The notes: generated by a model not told the origin, from the letters alone. Shown: positions 8,873-19,293, counted from the stretch's first letter. The stretch is DNA of 64,000 nt from an uncultured bacterium (GCA_963702025.1 OY969699.1:1408001-1472000); one strand, 5' to 3'. Numbers and translations: made by a program.

Positions 8873-9421
8873 TTACACCACCAAATCTTGTTCTGATTTG
8901 ATTTTATGGGCCTCTTGAATTAGATGCACCGCCATAAAAAGAATTAAAACGATGAACAAATGTATTATATCGTTAAAGTTTATTGACACCATAACATAAC
9001 GGTTTCCTGCTGATTTAAATAAAGAAATCATCAAACTTGCAATGGTATCAAAAAAAACTTGGTAAAGAGCCCAAACAAGCATGATCATATTAATTTTCTT
9101 TACTATGTTAACCACTTCTTGCGTGAAAAACTGATTTTTTTTGTAGAGTTCTAAAATTTTAAAAAAATACCACAATGCAAAAAGTAAACAGATTACTGAT
9201 ACGCTTTCAAGAATGAAAAATAAAGCTTTGCCCAAGAAAGGCACTGTTACGATATCATGATCGAGAATTGCTGGAGCCGCTTGCATTTGATAATACGCAA
9301 GACAAAACTTGTTTGCATTAATTTTTCCCCACGAAAGTAATCTCATAATAATAATGAGCGGAACCACAACAAAAAGCGCACATCGCTGAATCCATATTGC
9401 AATGTTAGAAATTTTATTCAT
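8873..9421 (-). CDS. DUF2975 (YoaS-like) membrane protein
   Basis: Several TM helices; C-terminal EAHKIKSEQDLVV; typical partner of the YozG-like HTH; AGGAG RBS before 9421. Confidence 0.85.
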   Translation of the reverse strand: MNKISNIAIWIQRCALFVVVPLIIIMRLLSWGKINANKFCLAYYQMQAAPAILDHDIVTVPFLGKALFFILESVSVICLLFALWYFFKILELYKKNQFFTQEVVNIVKKINMIMLVWALYQVFFDTIASLMISLFKSAGNRYVMVSINFNDIIHLFIVLILFMAVHLIQEAHKIKSEQDLVV

Positions 9422-9620
9422 CGTTACTCCTAAAAAAAGTAATTTAACAATTTTCAACACATCGAATAATAACAAATATTTATCGAAAATCAATATATTT
9501 TTTGAAAAATGTTTTATAAATATGCATTTCTGCAAGTTACTTCCACTGATATTCGACAATCGGTATAATGGCTTAAATGAATTTTAAGATTACGCAATGC
9601 AAATAAAAAAAGGGTCACGA

Positions 9621-10781
9621 ATGTTCAAAACGTCTTTGGTAATAATCGGCACCACACTTGCTGCGTTACTCTGGTATGCATCACCTATTTTTAAACCCTT
9701 CCCAAAGCCAACCGGGCCCTATTCTGTTGGCACAACAGTTGTCGAATTAACAGAAGCCAATCGTAAAGAAACTTTTTCGGGAAATCCTGATGAGAAACGT
9801 ATGTTGGTTGCACGGATATTTTATCCTACTATCCGAGTAGATAATCTTGAAAAATATCCGTATCTTGGCAACAAAATGCCGTACTACCAAAAATTTGTGG
9901 CGTCTTATTATCAGGTTCCCGAATCTATAGCAAAATTGTTTTTGCGTGGGGTTGAAACTCATTCATTTATCAATGCCACAGTAGCAAACAAACAAAGCTC
10001 GTATCCCGTTGTCTTATTTTCTCATGGATTACTTGGCCTGCCCAGTGACACCTCTTTAACGATTTTAGAAAACCTTGCAAGTCATGGGTATATTGTTGTT
10101 GCAATTGATCACTCATATTTAAATGCACTTACCTTGTTTGCCGATGGCAGAGTGACTTCTTCGGTTAAATTGAGCGAGCAGTTTAATAAAATGCGGCCGC
10201 ACGAACAAAAAGAGTTTCAGACCAAAGCAATTGATGTGTATAAAGCCGACATGAAATTTATAATCGATGAACTAGTGAAACTCAATGAAGATCCCAAAAG
10301 CATCTTTTACCACCGCATTAACCTGGAAAAGATTGCCGCAATGGGCCATTCTGCTGGCGGTACCGCTTCAATAGAGTTTTGCCGGAGTGATAATCGATGC
10401 AAGGCAGCAATAGATCTTGATGGCTGGTATGATCAAGCAATTGGCCTAGAACCCATTAATAAGCCATTGCTTTTGATGTTTGGTTCAAAAAGCCTGGAAG
10501 TTTCTGAGCCCACGTCGGAATATTTAAAAAGAAAAGAGCTAACGCGAGAACAATATTTTGAGCGTGAGAAGAATATTGATGCTCACATCAAGAAATTATG
10601 TTCCGTGCCTACCTGCTCTTTTGTTATTATCCCCAATGCAAGCCATGGCGATTTTGATGATGAAATGTTTATAAAATGGCCATTGAGATCATGGAATGAA
10701 GTTGAACCATATACAACAATAGCATTAATCAATGGCCATATTGTACAATTTTTGAATAAATACTTATCAAAAGAAAAATAA
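9621..10781 (+). CDS. PAF-acetylhydrolase-like alpha/beta hydrolase
   Basis: PTGPYSVG, FSHG, LASHGYIVVAIDH, GHSAGG and LDGW motifs. Confidence 0.9.
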   Translation: MFKTSLVIIGTTLAALLWYASPIFKPFPKPTGPYSVGTTVVELTEANRKETFSGNPDEKRMLVARIFYPTIRVDNLEKYPYLGNKMPYYQKFVASYYQVPESIAKLFLRGVETHSFINATVANKQSSYPVVLFSHGLLGLPSDTSLTILENLASHGYIVVAIDHSYLNALTLFADGRVTSSVKLSEQFNKMRPHEQKEFQTKAIDVYKADMKFIIDELVKLNEDPKSIFYHRINLEKIAAMGHSAGGTASIEFCRSDNRCKAAIDLDGWYDQAIGLEPINKPLLLMFGSKSLEVSEPTSEYLKRKELTREQYFEREKNIDAHIKKLCSVPTCSFVIIPNASHGDFDDEMFIKWPLRSWNEVEPYTTIALINGHIVQFLNKYLSKEK

Positions 10782-10965
10782 GCATGAAATTACCAGATCA
10801 ATTTATTACTTTCGTTGAAAGTGTATGGCATGAACCTCAGTGTGCCCAGAAAATTATAGAAATTTGATTACGGCATCGTATCTGCTTGCTTAAATTTGCG
10901 GTATCATTACTCTATTAGATGTTTTTCACTCAATTACATCACCGTTAAAATAAAAGGATTCTCTC

Positions 10966-11586
10966 ATGTTCACATGCAAAGCACTCGCCATCATTCTTCT
11001 TGTAAGCTCATCCAGCACATTTTCCATGCAAAATGAAAAAAATAATGAGCAACCAAACCCATTTTTGCAAGGTTCTCAAGCAATACCGGTTCCCTCTATT
11101 ATTTATCCTTCTCTTCCAGTACCGCCCGTAACTCTTTCAATACCATTACCAATATTACCCAATGAATTACCAAAACGGAGCTTATGGGCCGGTGGCGCAA
11201 TTGCCAATATTGGTATTGCTGACCATGCAACGCGTTTCACCATAAGCACACTTGCGCATGCCAATGGATGCATTGAACATCGATATGCACCATCTACCTA
11301 TCTACTTGCCGCAGCAGGTGCGGGCCTGGCGGGTGCTTCAGCCGGATCCGTTTTACTCTGCGCAAAAAAAGCATATTGCGGACAACAAGCAATCATCAAG
11401 AAAAAAAAGGCCGCGCTGGGCATTGGCAAAGTAGCCAGTGGCGCCATTATTTTTGCACTGAGCACTCAATTAACTTCCCTTGATGATTCAATGGCCACTA
11501 CCACTCTTGCGCGCGGCGGGCAATTTATCAGTTTGGCCTGCGCCGCCGATGGTATTTATGATATTTATACATCTGTTGGCAAATAA
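10966..11586 (+). CDS. Secreted hypothetical protein with Pro-rich and Gly/Ala hydrophobic helices
   Basis: Leader ...STFS|MQN. Confidence 0.7.
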   Translation: MFTCKALAIILLVSSSSTFSMQNEKNNEQPNPFLQGSQAIPVPSIIYPSLPVPPVTLSIPLPILPNELPKRSLWAGGAIANIGIADHATRFTISTLAHANGCIEHRYAPSTYLLAAAGAGLAGASAGSVLLCAKKAYCGQQAIIKKKKAALGIGKVASGAIIFALSTQLTSLDDSMATTTLARGGQFISLACAADGIYDIYTSVGK

Positions 11587-11627
11587 CGCGAACTCGAACT
11601 AAAAAACTAGAGGAACAAATTGAGAAA

Positions 11628-11765
11628 GGCCGCTCGTGGTGAGTGCAGCCGCAGGCTGCGTATCAAACCATGCGGCCCAAAAATCATAAGATATATTGAT
11701 AAATATTTATTAAACCCGCATGGTTCGATACGATTGCTTCGCAATCACTCACCACGAGCGGGTTT
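11628..11765. repeat. Inverted pair of REP-like palindromic elements
   Basis: CCGCTCGTGGTGAGTG-[hairpin]-CGTATC(A/G)AACCATGCGG at 11628-11677 and, inverted, at 11712-11765. Confidence 0.85.
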
Positions 11766-11819
11766 TATGACTAATTTTCAAAATTTTATCCCAATTTAAC
11801 GTTAATTAAAAGGATCCGC

Positions 11820-12542
11820 ATGAAAACATCCATCTCATTACTTCTACTCACCATCTGCACAGTACCGCAGTACCTCGTTGCGTCCGAACATTGCAGCAAA
11901 AAGAAAATTGATCCATCACATGAATATTCCACCTGGGAAAGCCTCATTGATCAATCAATAATTCAAGCATGCATTAAAAGCACGCAATGGTGCAAACAAA
12001 GAACATTGAAAGAGAATGAAAAGGATTTACAAACTGCCTGCGAGCAGCTGAATAATGATATTGCGAAACTTAAAAACGGAAACCATTCACGTGCTAAGAG
12101 TGCGCGAGATGCCGTATGGACCATTTATCTAAAAAAAACATTCGATATAACTGAAAGTCAAAAGGATCTTTCCAAAAACAAGATTACCCAACTGGAACAA
12201 CAATTACGCAGAAAGGAGCTGCTCAGTTTACACTATGAATTACACAATCAGAATAATTGGCAATCGCATATTTCGTCAGAAATTATAAGCGCTTGCCGGC
12301 GAGTAAATAATAATCTGGGCTCACTGGAACTGGAATCAAAAGATGTGGAAGTTCATAAAGCTTGTGCCCAATTGCAAAAGGATATGCTTGCTTTGACATA
12401 TGGGAATAAGGGAAAAGCTGCGGATGCCCGCCGAAACATCGACATCATTAACAGCAAAACTAGTTCTACTGAAGTTCCCGGCGGCTGCAGTCGTACAAGT
12501 GCGGAAATGATCGATGCTTTGGCAAATCGACAGCTTTCATAA
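11820..12542 (+). CDS. Secreted protein with internal two-fold repeat
   Basis: Leader ...YLVA|SEH; WESLIDQSIIQAC...ACEQLNNDIAKLKNGN repeated as WQSHISSEIISAC...ACAQLQKDMLALTYGN. Confidence 0.75.
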   Translation: MKTSISLLLLTICTVPQYLVASEHCSKKKIDPSHEYSTWESLIDQSIIQACIKSTQWCKQRTLKENEKDLQTACEQLNNDIAKLKNGNHSRAKSARDAVWTIYLKKTFDITESQKDLSKNKITQLEQQLRRKELLSLHYELHNQNNWQSHISSEIISACRRVNNNLGSLELESKDVEVHKACAQLQKDMLALTYGNKGKAADARRNIDIINSKTSSTEVPGGCSRTSAEMIDALANRQLS

Positions 12543-12552
12543 AAAAAAATTT

Positions 12553-12828
12553 TTAAAAATATGGCGGGCCCCATGCCAGATAATCAAATCCGGTATCATG
12601 ACCTTTTTTTTCATGTGTCATGCAGTGATGGGCACAATATTCATCAAGTATTTTTTGCGCATGAATCTTTACATCAATATCTTGTTTAAAATATTCTATC
12701 AATCGCATCCGGATCGCAAAACCGGCGAACTCATATAGAGAATCATGCGCTACAAATCGCATCATACCTTTCCATAAATCTGCAGGCAATAATTGCAAAT
12801 AATTATCAAATGGAAGGATTAATTTATC
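12553..12828 (-). pseudogene. Leaderless F-box-like gene fragment
   Basis: DNYLQLLPADLWKGMMRF resembles SYLQLLPKDLWRETM of 24862..25623; no leader or RBS-ATG. Confidence 0.5.
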
Positions 12829-12830
12829 TT

Positions 12831-13529
12831 TTAACTTTTTTTTAACAATGCGTTAAACTCGGCAACAACTTTTGCATGATGTTCTTTATCTGCTGCAAAA
12901 TCATAAGAAAACGTAGAGGCAATCTCGCTCCCGGAATATTTTGGAGTAAATGGAGGACGGTAGCCTCTGGTTATCATTATATCGGACGCCCCTTCTTCAT
13001 CCTTTGCAGTTTCACTCTTATGTTTTTGATATGCTTCACGTAGCGGCGCATTATAAATCTTATCTTCTTCGGTTTCAAAACCTGAAAATAAAAGCTCAAC
13101 TTTTTTGTTATTTACCAAGCAGTGAACTTTACCGGTTGGGATATAGCTGAGCAAGCGATGCACCTGATCTTTTTTTGTCATCATAACTAAACATGCACCG
13201 CTATCAATGGTGCCATTCTTTATTTTTTCAAGTAGCTCATGAAATGGCTTTTGATCGAGATCACGAGCTTTTGATGCTTGCACGCAGAGTTGGATAAAAA
13301 ATGGCTGTTGCACCCGCGCAAGCTTTACCGTATCATCTGCTTGCTCGGTTTCTGCCAGCGGGCTAAGATAATGGTCATAGATTTCTTTGACCCTGCCGCC
13401 TCGGCCATCGCTTACCCACACATCGCCATTATCTTCGATGATGCATTTGAAATAGGGGCGGCCTTCCATTGCTTGCATGCTTATAATACTAAAACACGCT
13501 AATGCGATTATATTTTTTATGTAATTCAT
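12831..13529 (-). CDS. Secreted protein, unknown family X
   Basis: Leader ...SMQA|MEG; FIQLCVQASK, HRLLSYIPTG and YDFAADKEHHAK shared with paralogs. Confidence 0.8.
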   Translation of the reverse strand: MNYIKNIIALACFSIISMQAMEGRPYFKCIIEDNGDVWVSDGRGGRVKEIYDHYLSPLAETEQADDTVKLARVQQPFFIQLCVQASKARDLDQKPFHELLEKIKNGTIDSGACLVMMTKKDQVHRLLSYIPTGKVHCLVNNKKVELLFSGFETEEDKIYNAPLREAYQKHKSETAKDEEGASDIMITRGYRPPFTPKYSGSEIASTFSYDFAADKEHHAKVVAEFNALLKKS

Positions 13530-13556
13530 GAGATCCTCAATAATTAATGATATGAT

Positions 13557-14321
13557 CTATTTTCCAACTTCACGCAACTCTTGTTTCCATGCTTGTTTTT
13601 TTTGTTCTAGTTTTGCTGCTTCTTGCAGTGCAGCCTCTTTGTCTTGTTGATATTTTTTTAAAACAAATTTGCAACCCGGTGCAAAAAAGGGCAATACATT
13701 GCATCTTAAAATTACCGGTAGAGAGACTGATCGCTTTATATGTGTAAACATAAGCTCGGCTACGCCCTCATCTTTTATTGCTTGCATCTGATTAAAGATG
13801 CCAAAGTCGGGCTCCGCTACAAGAGAGCGATGAGAAAATGGATACTCGTCTGGATCAGCAAAAGTTATTGCCATTGCCCCTTCCCGGCTATAAAGCCCAA
13901 AAAAAACTTTCAAGAAACCAATATTCTTGTGCGCCAGAGCCTTATCAAAAAATGATACTTTTGTATTAATAGCGAATAAGGTGAACTGACTTGCTGGTGG
14001 CTTTGTCCAGTAATAATCTTCGTCCCTGTAGTAAGTTTGTTTATATTTAATTTCATTTCTAACCTCATATCTATCACTCGCGGAATCTTTATTTGCGCAT
14101 AATAGAGCACGAAGATAGAGGCTATCTTTTTTTCTTTCAAAATTTTCAGCAAGCTTTTCTAATTGCTCAGTTCTGCACTTGTAGTCACATCCTTGTTTTT
14201 CGAATTCTTGTAAAAATTTACGATGGTCTTCTTGCGAACACGGTTCAATTTTCTCTTCCATTGCACATAGGCTTATAATGCTAAAACAAGCTAACGCAAT
14301 TATTTTTTTGGTAATATTCAT
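13557..14321 (-). CDS. Secreted hypothetical protein
   Basis: Leader MNITKKIIALACFSIISLCA|MEE, nearly identical to the neighbour's leader. Confidence 0.75.
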   Translation of the reverse strand: MNITKKIIALACFSIISLCAMEEKIEPCSQEDHRKFLQEFEKQGCDYKCRTEQLEKLAENFERKKDSLYLRALLCANKDSASDRYEVRNEIKYKQTYYRDEDYYWTKPPASQFTLFAINTKVSFFDKALAHKNIGFLKVFFGLYSREGAMAITFADPDEYPFSHRSLVAEPDFGIFNQMQAIKDEGVAELMFTHIKRSVSLPVILRCNVLPFFAPGCKFVLKKYQQDKEAALQEAAKLEQKKQAWKQELREVGK

Positions 14322-14330
14322 GAGATCCTT

Positions 14331-15050
14331 TTATGGCAATTTGTTTTGGAACAGCCCATTAAATTCAGCAACAATTTTTGCGTGATGTTCTTTATCTGCT
14401 GCAAAATCATAATTTGAGCTCAAGCGATCTTCACCGGTTAATTCCGTTTCTTTTCCTCTTCTGGCTTTTTGAGCAGCCAAAAATTCATAACATGGAAAGC
14501 CAGCCGGATCTAAAGGAAAATCTTCTTCCACTTTAGGCGCAACTGTTCTCACGATAGATTTATCTGGCTTATCAACCAATCGCATGCCAAGAATAATAGT
14601 CATTCTAATTTTTTTGTCGTTTACCAATTGCTTATTCACTTCTTTTCCCGAAGGAATATAACTGAGCAATCGATGTTCAGCATCTTTGTGGGTCACGGCA
14701 ATAGTTTCTTGTTCAGCCTCAATCTTGCCGCTTCGAACTCTATCCAACAATTCATGAAAGGGTATTGTATCGAGCTGCTTTATTTTTGAAGCTTGCACCA
14801 CTAGTTGAATAAATAATGCCTGTGGAATATTAAAATGTTGTTTGATATCATCTGCATTTTTAGTTTTATCCAGTGAATAAAAAAAGTTCGGATACGTTTC
14901 CTTTATCATGCCGCCGTGCTCATCTTTTATCCACACATCACCATTGCTGTCTTCTTCACTAAATACTCTATAATTATAAGCGCGCCCATCCTCCATTGCA
15001 GATGTAGCATTTGATAACAGTAGTACAGTTAGTAAGGCTTTTTTTAACAT
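14331..15050 (-). CDS. Secreted protein, unknown family X
   Basis: Leader ...ATSA|MED; FIQLVVQASK, HRLLSYIPSG, YDFAADKEHHAK. Confidence 0.8.
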   Translation of the reverse strand: MLKKALLTVLLLSNATSAMEDGRAYNYRVFSEEDSNGDVWIKDEHGGMIKETYPNFFYSLDKTKNADDIKQHFNIPQALFIQLVVQASKIKQLDTIPFHELLDRVRSGKIEAEQETIAVTHKDAEHRLLSYIPSGKEVNKQLVNDKKIRMTIILGMRLVDKPDKSIVRTVAPKVEEDFPLDPAGFPCYEFLAAQKARRGKETELTGEDRLSSNYDFAADKEHHAKIVAEFNGLFQNKLP

Positions 15051-15062
15051 AAGATTCCTTTA

Positions 15063-15179
15063 TTATTGAATATCACAAGACCATGAAGACCGTATTAACT
15101 GGGTAGCTTTAATCGGGTTCTGCTGCATGAAATAGACTGCATTCGATGTAAGTATTATTATAAAGGCTTTTTTTAACAT
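15063..15179 (-). pseudogene. Leader-only mini ORF (38 aa)
   Basis: MLKKAFIIILTSNAVYF|MQQNPIKATQLIRSSWSCDIQ*; TAATG-coupled to the upstream gene; leader resembles that of 14331..15050. Confidence 0.6.
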
Positions 15180-16066
15180 TATTTTTCCAATTCTTGTTTA
15201 ACTGTTTCAATAAAAGATGCTTCCCATCCTGTTGTGTTTGATGCTGAAAATATTGCTAGCAAACTAAGAATTCGTTTTCGAGATTCTTGTAATTGAATCA
15301 AGGTATACGTGTCCTGCTGCGATAGAATATTGGCAGGCTTTTGTAATTGAGCGATCTCTTTTTCTTTGCTTTGCAATGCCTCCTGTTTTGCCACAGCATC
15401 GGACGTGAGAGCCTGTACTTGCAGCGTTAAAAGAGCCGCATCATTTATTTTTTCTAGTAACTGAGTTTTCAAACGAGCTGCTGAATCCTGAAGCTCTTTA
15501 TGTTCTTGCGCCGAAATCACCTGTTGCCCAGATAGCTGCGTTTGTAAATGCGCAATCAACTCATCTCTTTGTGTAAAAGCTGCCTCCAATTCTTTAGCCA
15601 TTTTTTTATAGCCAAGTGCTTGCTGTCTCGCTTCTTCACCATAAAATGCTTGATCAATAGTACTGAAACTGGCCGCAGCCATGTCTGATACATAATCATG
15701 ATTTGCCAATTCCCATAGCTTTTTCAATCCTGCGAGTTTCTCAATTTTAGTTGTTATTGCTTGAGACTGGCCTTGATTTGCAGAAATTCCATTAAATGCC
15801 ATCTCCAATTCTTTTGCGATTGCTTGGGCACGATTACGCATTTCCCTGTTACCCGTATTTAAGAATTCTATCGTTGCAGGATCATGGTCAGTATTATCCC
15901 AATTTTGTTCTGGAATCAAATTATGTAATTTTTTTATTCCCGCCTGGAATTCTGCTTTGTGTTTAGCTATTTCTTGCAAACCCGAACGTTCCATGCAAAA
16001 AAGCAAGACGTTAAAGCTAAAACCGGCTAGTAAAATAAATATTTTTTTTACCATGTTGATTCTCAT
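15179..16066 (-). CDS. Secreted coiled-coil protein
   Basis: Leader ...LLFC|MER; C-terminal QESRKRILSLLAIFSASNTTGWEASFI module. Confidence 0.8.
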   Translation of the reverse strand: MRINMVKKIFILLAGFSFNVLLFCMERSGLQEIAKHKAEFQAGIKKLHNLIPEQNWDNTDHDPATIEFLNTGNREMRNRAQAIAKELEMAFNGISANQGQSQAITTKIEKLAGLKKLWELANHDYVSDMAAASFSTIDQAFYGEEARQQALGYKKMAKELEAAFTQRDELIAHLQTQLSGQQVISAQEHKELQDSAARLKTQLLEKINDAALLTLQVQALTSDAVAKQEALQSKEKEIAQLQKPANILSQQDTYTLIQLQESRKRILSLLAIFSASNTTGWEASFIETVKQELEK

Positions 16067-17346
16067 TAATTCTTATGCAATTCTTCTGTGATTGTCGCAA
16101 TAAATGTTGCTTCCCATCCGGTTGTTTTTGATGCTGAAAACATCGCCAACAAACTGCGCATGCGTTCACGGGACTCTTGCATTTGCGCTAAAGCTTGTGC
16201 CCTCTGTTGGGCGAGAGCATCAAATTGAGCCGCTTGGATCTCTACGGTTTCAAGTTGCTTTTGAAGTTTTGCGTTCTCATCTTCTTTTCTTTTCAAATTG
16301 CCGCGTACGATTTGTTTAACGTGTCTCTGACTTGCAAGTTGCTGTTCGAGTGACTCAACTTGTTTTTTGTTTTCACTAAGCGTAGTGTCTAAAGTTGCTT
16401 GGATCTTTTTAAGGTGCAACTGTTTTTCTGCAATCTCTGCTAAAAGATTTTTCTCACTTTCCTCATAATGCTGAATTCGCTGGCTGAGACCGCGTTTTTC
16501 TAAAATACCCTCTTGATGCAAATTATTTAATCGTATAACTTCATTATGTTTTGCAATTGCTTCAGCACGAAGATCTGCAAGTTGCCCACGTGTTTGGGTA
16601 AGTTCGGTTACTTTTGCTGTGAGAGTCTGCTGAAGCACTTCCGGTTGGCTCAGGCGAATGACTTCTTGATTTAAGCAATCAATTTCAGCTTGTTTAGTCG
16701 GGATTGCTCGCTTCATCACAGAAAGCAAACCCCAATCATCGCCTTCTTGCATTTGCGATTGCAATAATTCTGTTTCTTTTTTCCAGTCAAAAAAAAATTC
16801 AAAAATGACATCAATTGATTCTTCCTCTCCTTTTAACGTGGCAATTTTTTCTTTGAGGTGATTAATTTCTTTCATCTTGGGCGCTAAAACTTGCTTAACC
16901 TGCTCTTCATGCGAATAAAATTTACCACGTTCTGCTTGCCCTAGTGCTTGATAATACTCATCCCAAAACCGGTATGAAGGGCAAACCTGCTGAGCCAGCT
17001 GTGTCATGAGCTTAAGCTTTCTTATTTTTTCTTCTTTTGTTTTGGGACGGTCTTCATCTTTCATATACATGGATAAATGTATATAAGAAGCTACTACATC
17101 CTCATCTTTTAATTGAGTAACGTGTTGACCGGCAGCTCTTTTTTCATTATTTTCTTTGTCATAACAATTTATTTTCCAAGATTTATATTGTTCGGCAAGT
17201 ATTTGAACATCTTGTTGCGCCTGGTGTGCCACATGCTGTACTCGCGCTTGTCTTAACTTTTCAAGATCGGGCTTGGCTACCATTCCTTCAACAGAGCAAT
17301 TAATAACGCTTGTTAAGAGCAGTAATACAATAATAATTTTCTTCAT
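16066..17346 (-). CDS. Secreted long coiled-coil protein
   Basis: Leader ...SVEG|MVA; C-terminal QESRERMRSLLAMFSASKTTGWEATFI module. Confidence 0.8.
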   Translation of the reverse strand: MKKIIIVLLLLTSVINCSVEGMVAKPDLEKLRQARVQHVAHQAQQDVQILAEQYKSWKINCYDKENNEKRAAGQHVTQLKDEDVVASYIHLSMYMKDEDRPKTKEEKIRKLKLMTQLAQQVCPSYRFWDEYYQALGQAERGKFYSHEEQVKQVLAPKMKEINHLKEKIATLKGEEESIDVIFEFFFDWKKETELLQSQMQEGDDWGLLSVMKRAIPTKQAEIDCLNQEVIRLSQPEVLQQTLTAKVTELTQTRGQLADLRAEAIAKHNEVIRLNNLHQEGILEKRGLSQRIQHYEESEKNLLAEIAEKQLHLKKIQATLDTTLSENKKQVESLEQQLASQRHVKQIVRGNLKRKEDENAKLQKQLETVEIQAAQFDALAQQRAQALAQMQESRERMRSLLAMFSASKTTGWEATFIATITEELHKN

Positions 17347-17458
17347 TCATTTCCTCGTAAAAATTTAATTTTTTAATTTATTAATTTCTAATATTATTTA
17401 CTCATCGGCAGACTTGCACTTGCAATTGGAGCCGGTGCTGCTTGCGCTTTATGAAGAG

Positions 17459-17485
17459 AATGGGCCCGATAGTTTCGGGCCCATT
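17459..17485 (-). terminator. Stem-loop terminator after ankyrin gene
   Basis: AATGGGCCCGA / TCGGGCCCATT inverted repeat. Confidence 0.75.
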
Positions 17486-17496
17486 GTGATAGTTTT

Positions 17497-18273
17497 TTAT
17501 GGTTTGATGCTACTCGGCTCAACCGGCAGACTGGCGGTTGTTAATGATAGCGCCACGGGCTCACCGGTAGCAAGCTGTGCCTTCTTTTTTACTGCCTCAC
17601 TCAGCACATCAAATAGTGCTGCCCCATTGGTATTGGTTGCCACATAATGCAATGCTGAATTACCTGATTTATCAAGCTCCTCGATACGAGCGCCTTTGAG
17701 CACCATTTCTTCCAGGCCCTCAGCACTATCTGCTTGGCACGCACGATGAAGCGCAAATTCTTGAGATGCATTTTTAATGTCAAACAGCTTTTTACATGAT
17801 TTTTGAAGAGTAATGAGCACTGTCGGATCACTATAATCTTTATAGGCAAGCGCATGATAGACAGCACCGGTATTGCCAAAATCAGGAGTTACCGCCACCG
17901 AAGCTCCGGCAAGAACAAGAGTTTCCACAACGTCCACGTGCCCTTTTTTACAAGCAATATGAAGCGCCGTTGCATTTTCATTATCAGTTTGATCAACTAA
18001 TGCGCCGTTTTTGAGCAATATTTCTGCAATTGTGTTCTTATTATACTCAGCGCTCAACATAAGCGGCGTTCTTTGCAGCGGCAATGCGCGTGCATCAATG
18101 CGCGCACCCAGCTCAAGAAGCTTTTTTGCCACTTCGGTATTACCCACCGATACGGCAGTATGCAACGGGGTCCAGCCCGCTGCATTGCGAACGTCTATCA
18201 GTTTTTCCATAGCCTGTAAGTTTGAAATGGTGGCGCTCACCAAGAAAAGAGAAATGTGTAATGACTTTGCCAT
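17497..18273 (-). CDS. Secreted ankyrin-repeat protein
   Basis: Leader ...NLQA|MEK; GWTPLHTA, RTPLMLSA, TALHIAC and GNSALHY repeats. Confidence 0.92.
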   Translation of the reverse strand: MAKSLHISLFLVSATISNLQAMEKLIDVRNAAGWTPLHTAVSVGNTEVAKKLLELGARIDARALPLQRTPLMLSAEYNKNTIAEILLKNGALVDQTDNENATALHIACKKGHVDVVETLVLAGASVAVTPDFGNTGAVYHALAYKDYSDPTVLITLQKSCKKLFDIKNASQEFALHRACQADSAEGLEEMVLKGARIEELDKSGNSALHYVATNTNGAALFDVLSEAVKKKAQLATGEPVALSLTTASLPVEPSSIKP

Positions 18274-18444
18274 TGCCTACTCCTGCATAGTTAAAAAAAG
18301 TCGTACGGTTGTTAAACTGCGCACACTCTACCAATTTAAAAAGAAAAAGCCAAGCGATTTTTTGCTTGCATATTTTTAATCAATGATTACCATTATGAGC
18401 AGTGAATATATGTACCATTAAAATTCAATACCGTAAGGATCGCT

Positions 18445-18645
18445 ATGAAAAAACTGATTTTTGCACTGGTTTGTTTTTCTGCTGCTGAAGCAGTAGCAAT
18501 GGAAACTCATCGGGAACGCCAAGAAAGAGAGATGTATCGACCAACTGCACCGGCTCCCATTCACGGACAACCTATAACTCACAGACAGCGCCAAGAAGCT
18601 AACCTCGCCAATCCATCTGCTCCTCAACCGGGCCAAAAACGATAA
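18445..18645 (+). CDS. Small secreted disordered protein (66 aa)
   Basis: AAGGA RBS; leader MKKLIFALVCFSAAEAVA|MET. Confidence 0.7.
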   Translation: MKKLIFALVCFSAAEAVAMETHRERQEREMYRPTAPAPIHGQPITHRQRQEANLANPSAPQPGQKR

Positions 18646-18671
18646 TATTTAAGAGTGGGTAGAAAATTCAA

Positions 18672-18713
18672 AAAACCCGTTCGTGGTGAGCTTGTCGAAC
18701 CATAGCGGGTTTT
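18672..18713. repeat. REP-like element, short variant, between convergent genes
   Basis: AAAACCCGTTCGTGGTGAGCTTGTCGAACCATAGCGGGTTTT; same core as 11628-11765 without the internal hairpin. Confidence 0.8.
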
Positions 18714-18721
18714 CTTTTGCT

Positions 18722-19288
18722 CTATTTTCCAAGCAATTTACTAAATTCTTTTTCAATCTTTTCACGATGATCCATCTCTGAATCAAAATCATCTTCATTA
18801 TTGGCAACTATCGTTATCTTAAGTGGCGCGCCTACGCGCTTTCCTTGATGCGCCTGGATCCCCGCATTAGCAAACTGATTATTCAACAAAACCTCATGAA
18901 AAACCATGCCGCATTCTTGATCAACGTTGCCGTTCCAAGGAATATATTTGAGCAAAGTATGAAAAGCGGCTGAATAGTTAGTTTTAATGAGCGGGCCATT
19001 AAAGCTGTCTTCTTGCCGATTAATATCATGCGCTAAATCTGCAAAGGATGCCGCAGTAAAATTTTTATCTTGTGCCGCTTGCACAAAAAGATGAAAAAAT
19101 AATCGTTTTTTTGTCCGAATTGTAATGACGTCCGCGTGCTCTGCGGTAAAGCATTGAACCACAGCAGGAGATGTTGCAAGAGATTTGTTGTACCTATTGT
19201 TGAGATTTTCTTTCTCTTGCGGGCACTCCATCGCATATCCGTTTATTGTTATAAGCGCTAACAGTGAATTTGCAATTATTATTTTCAT
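18722..19288 (-). CDS. Secreted protein, unknown family X (IPW subtype)
   Basis: Leader ...NGYA|MEC; LFFHLFVQA, FHTLLKYIPWNGNVD. Confidence 0.8.
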   Translation of the reverse strand: MKIIIANSLLALITINGYAMECPQEKENLNNRYNKSLATSPAVVQCFTAEHADVITIRTKKRLFFHLFVQAAQDKNFTAASFADLAHDINRQEDSFNGPLIKTNYSAAFHTLLKYIPWNGNVDQECGMVFHEVLLNNQFANAGIQAHQGKRVGAPLKITIVANNEDDFDSEMDHREKIEKEFSKLLGK

Positions 19289-19293
19289 GATTA

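Noticed and set aside
10784..10867. 27-aa ORF MKLPDQFITFVESVWHEPQ..., perhaps a kinase N-terminal remnant
   Set aside because: Too short to support a family call by eye
11628..11765. tRNA or riboswitch
   Set aside because: No cloverleaf or known aptamer pattern; inverted copies fit a REP-like element better
17395..17452. Minus-strand KAQAAPAPIASASLP, similar to the tail of the ankyrin gene
   Set aside because: Short, low-complexity similarity that could be chance
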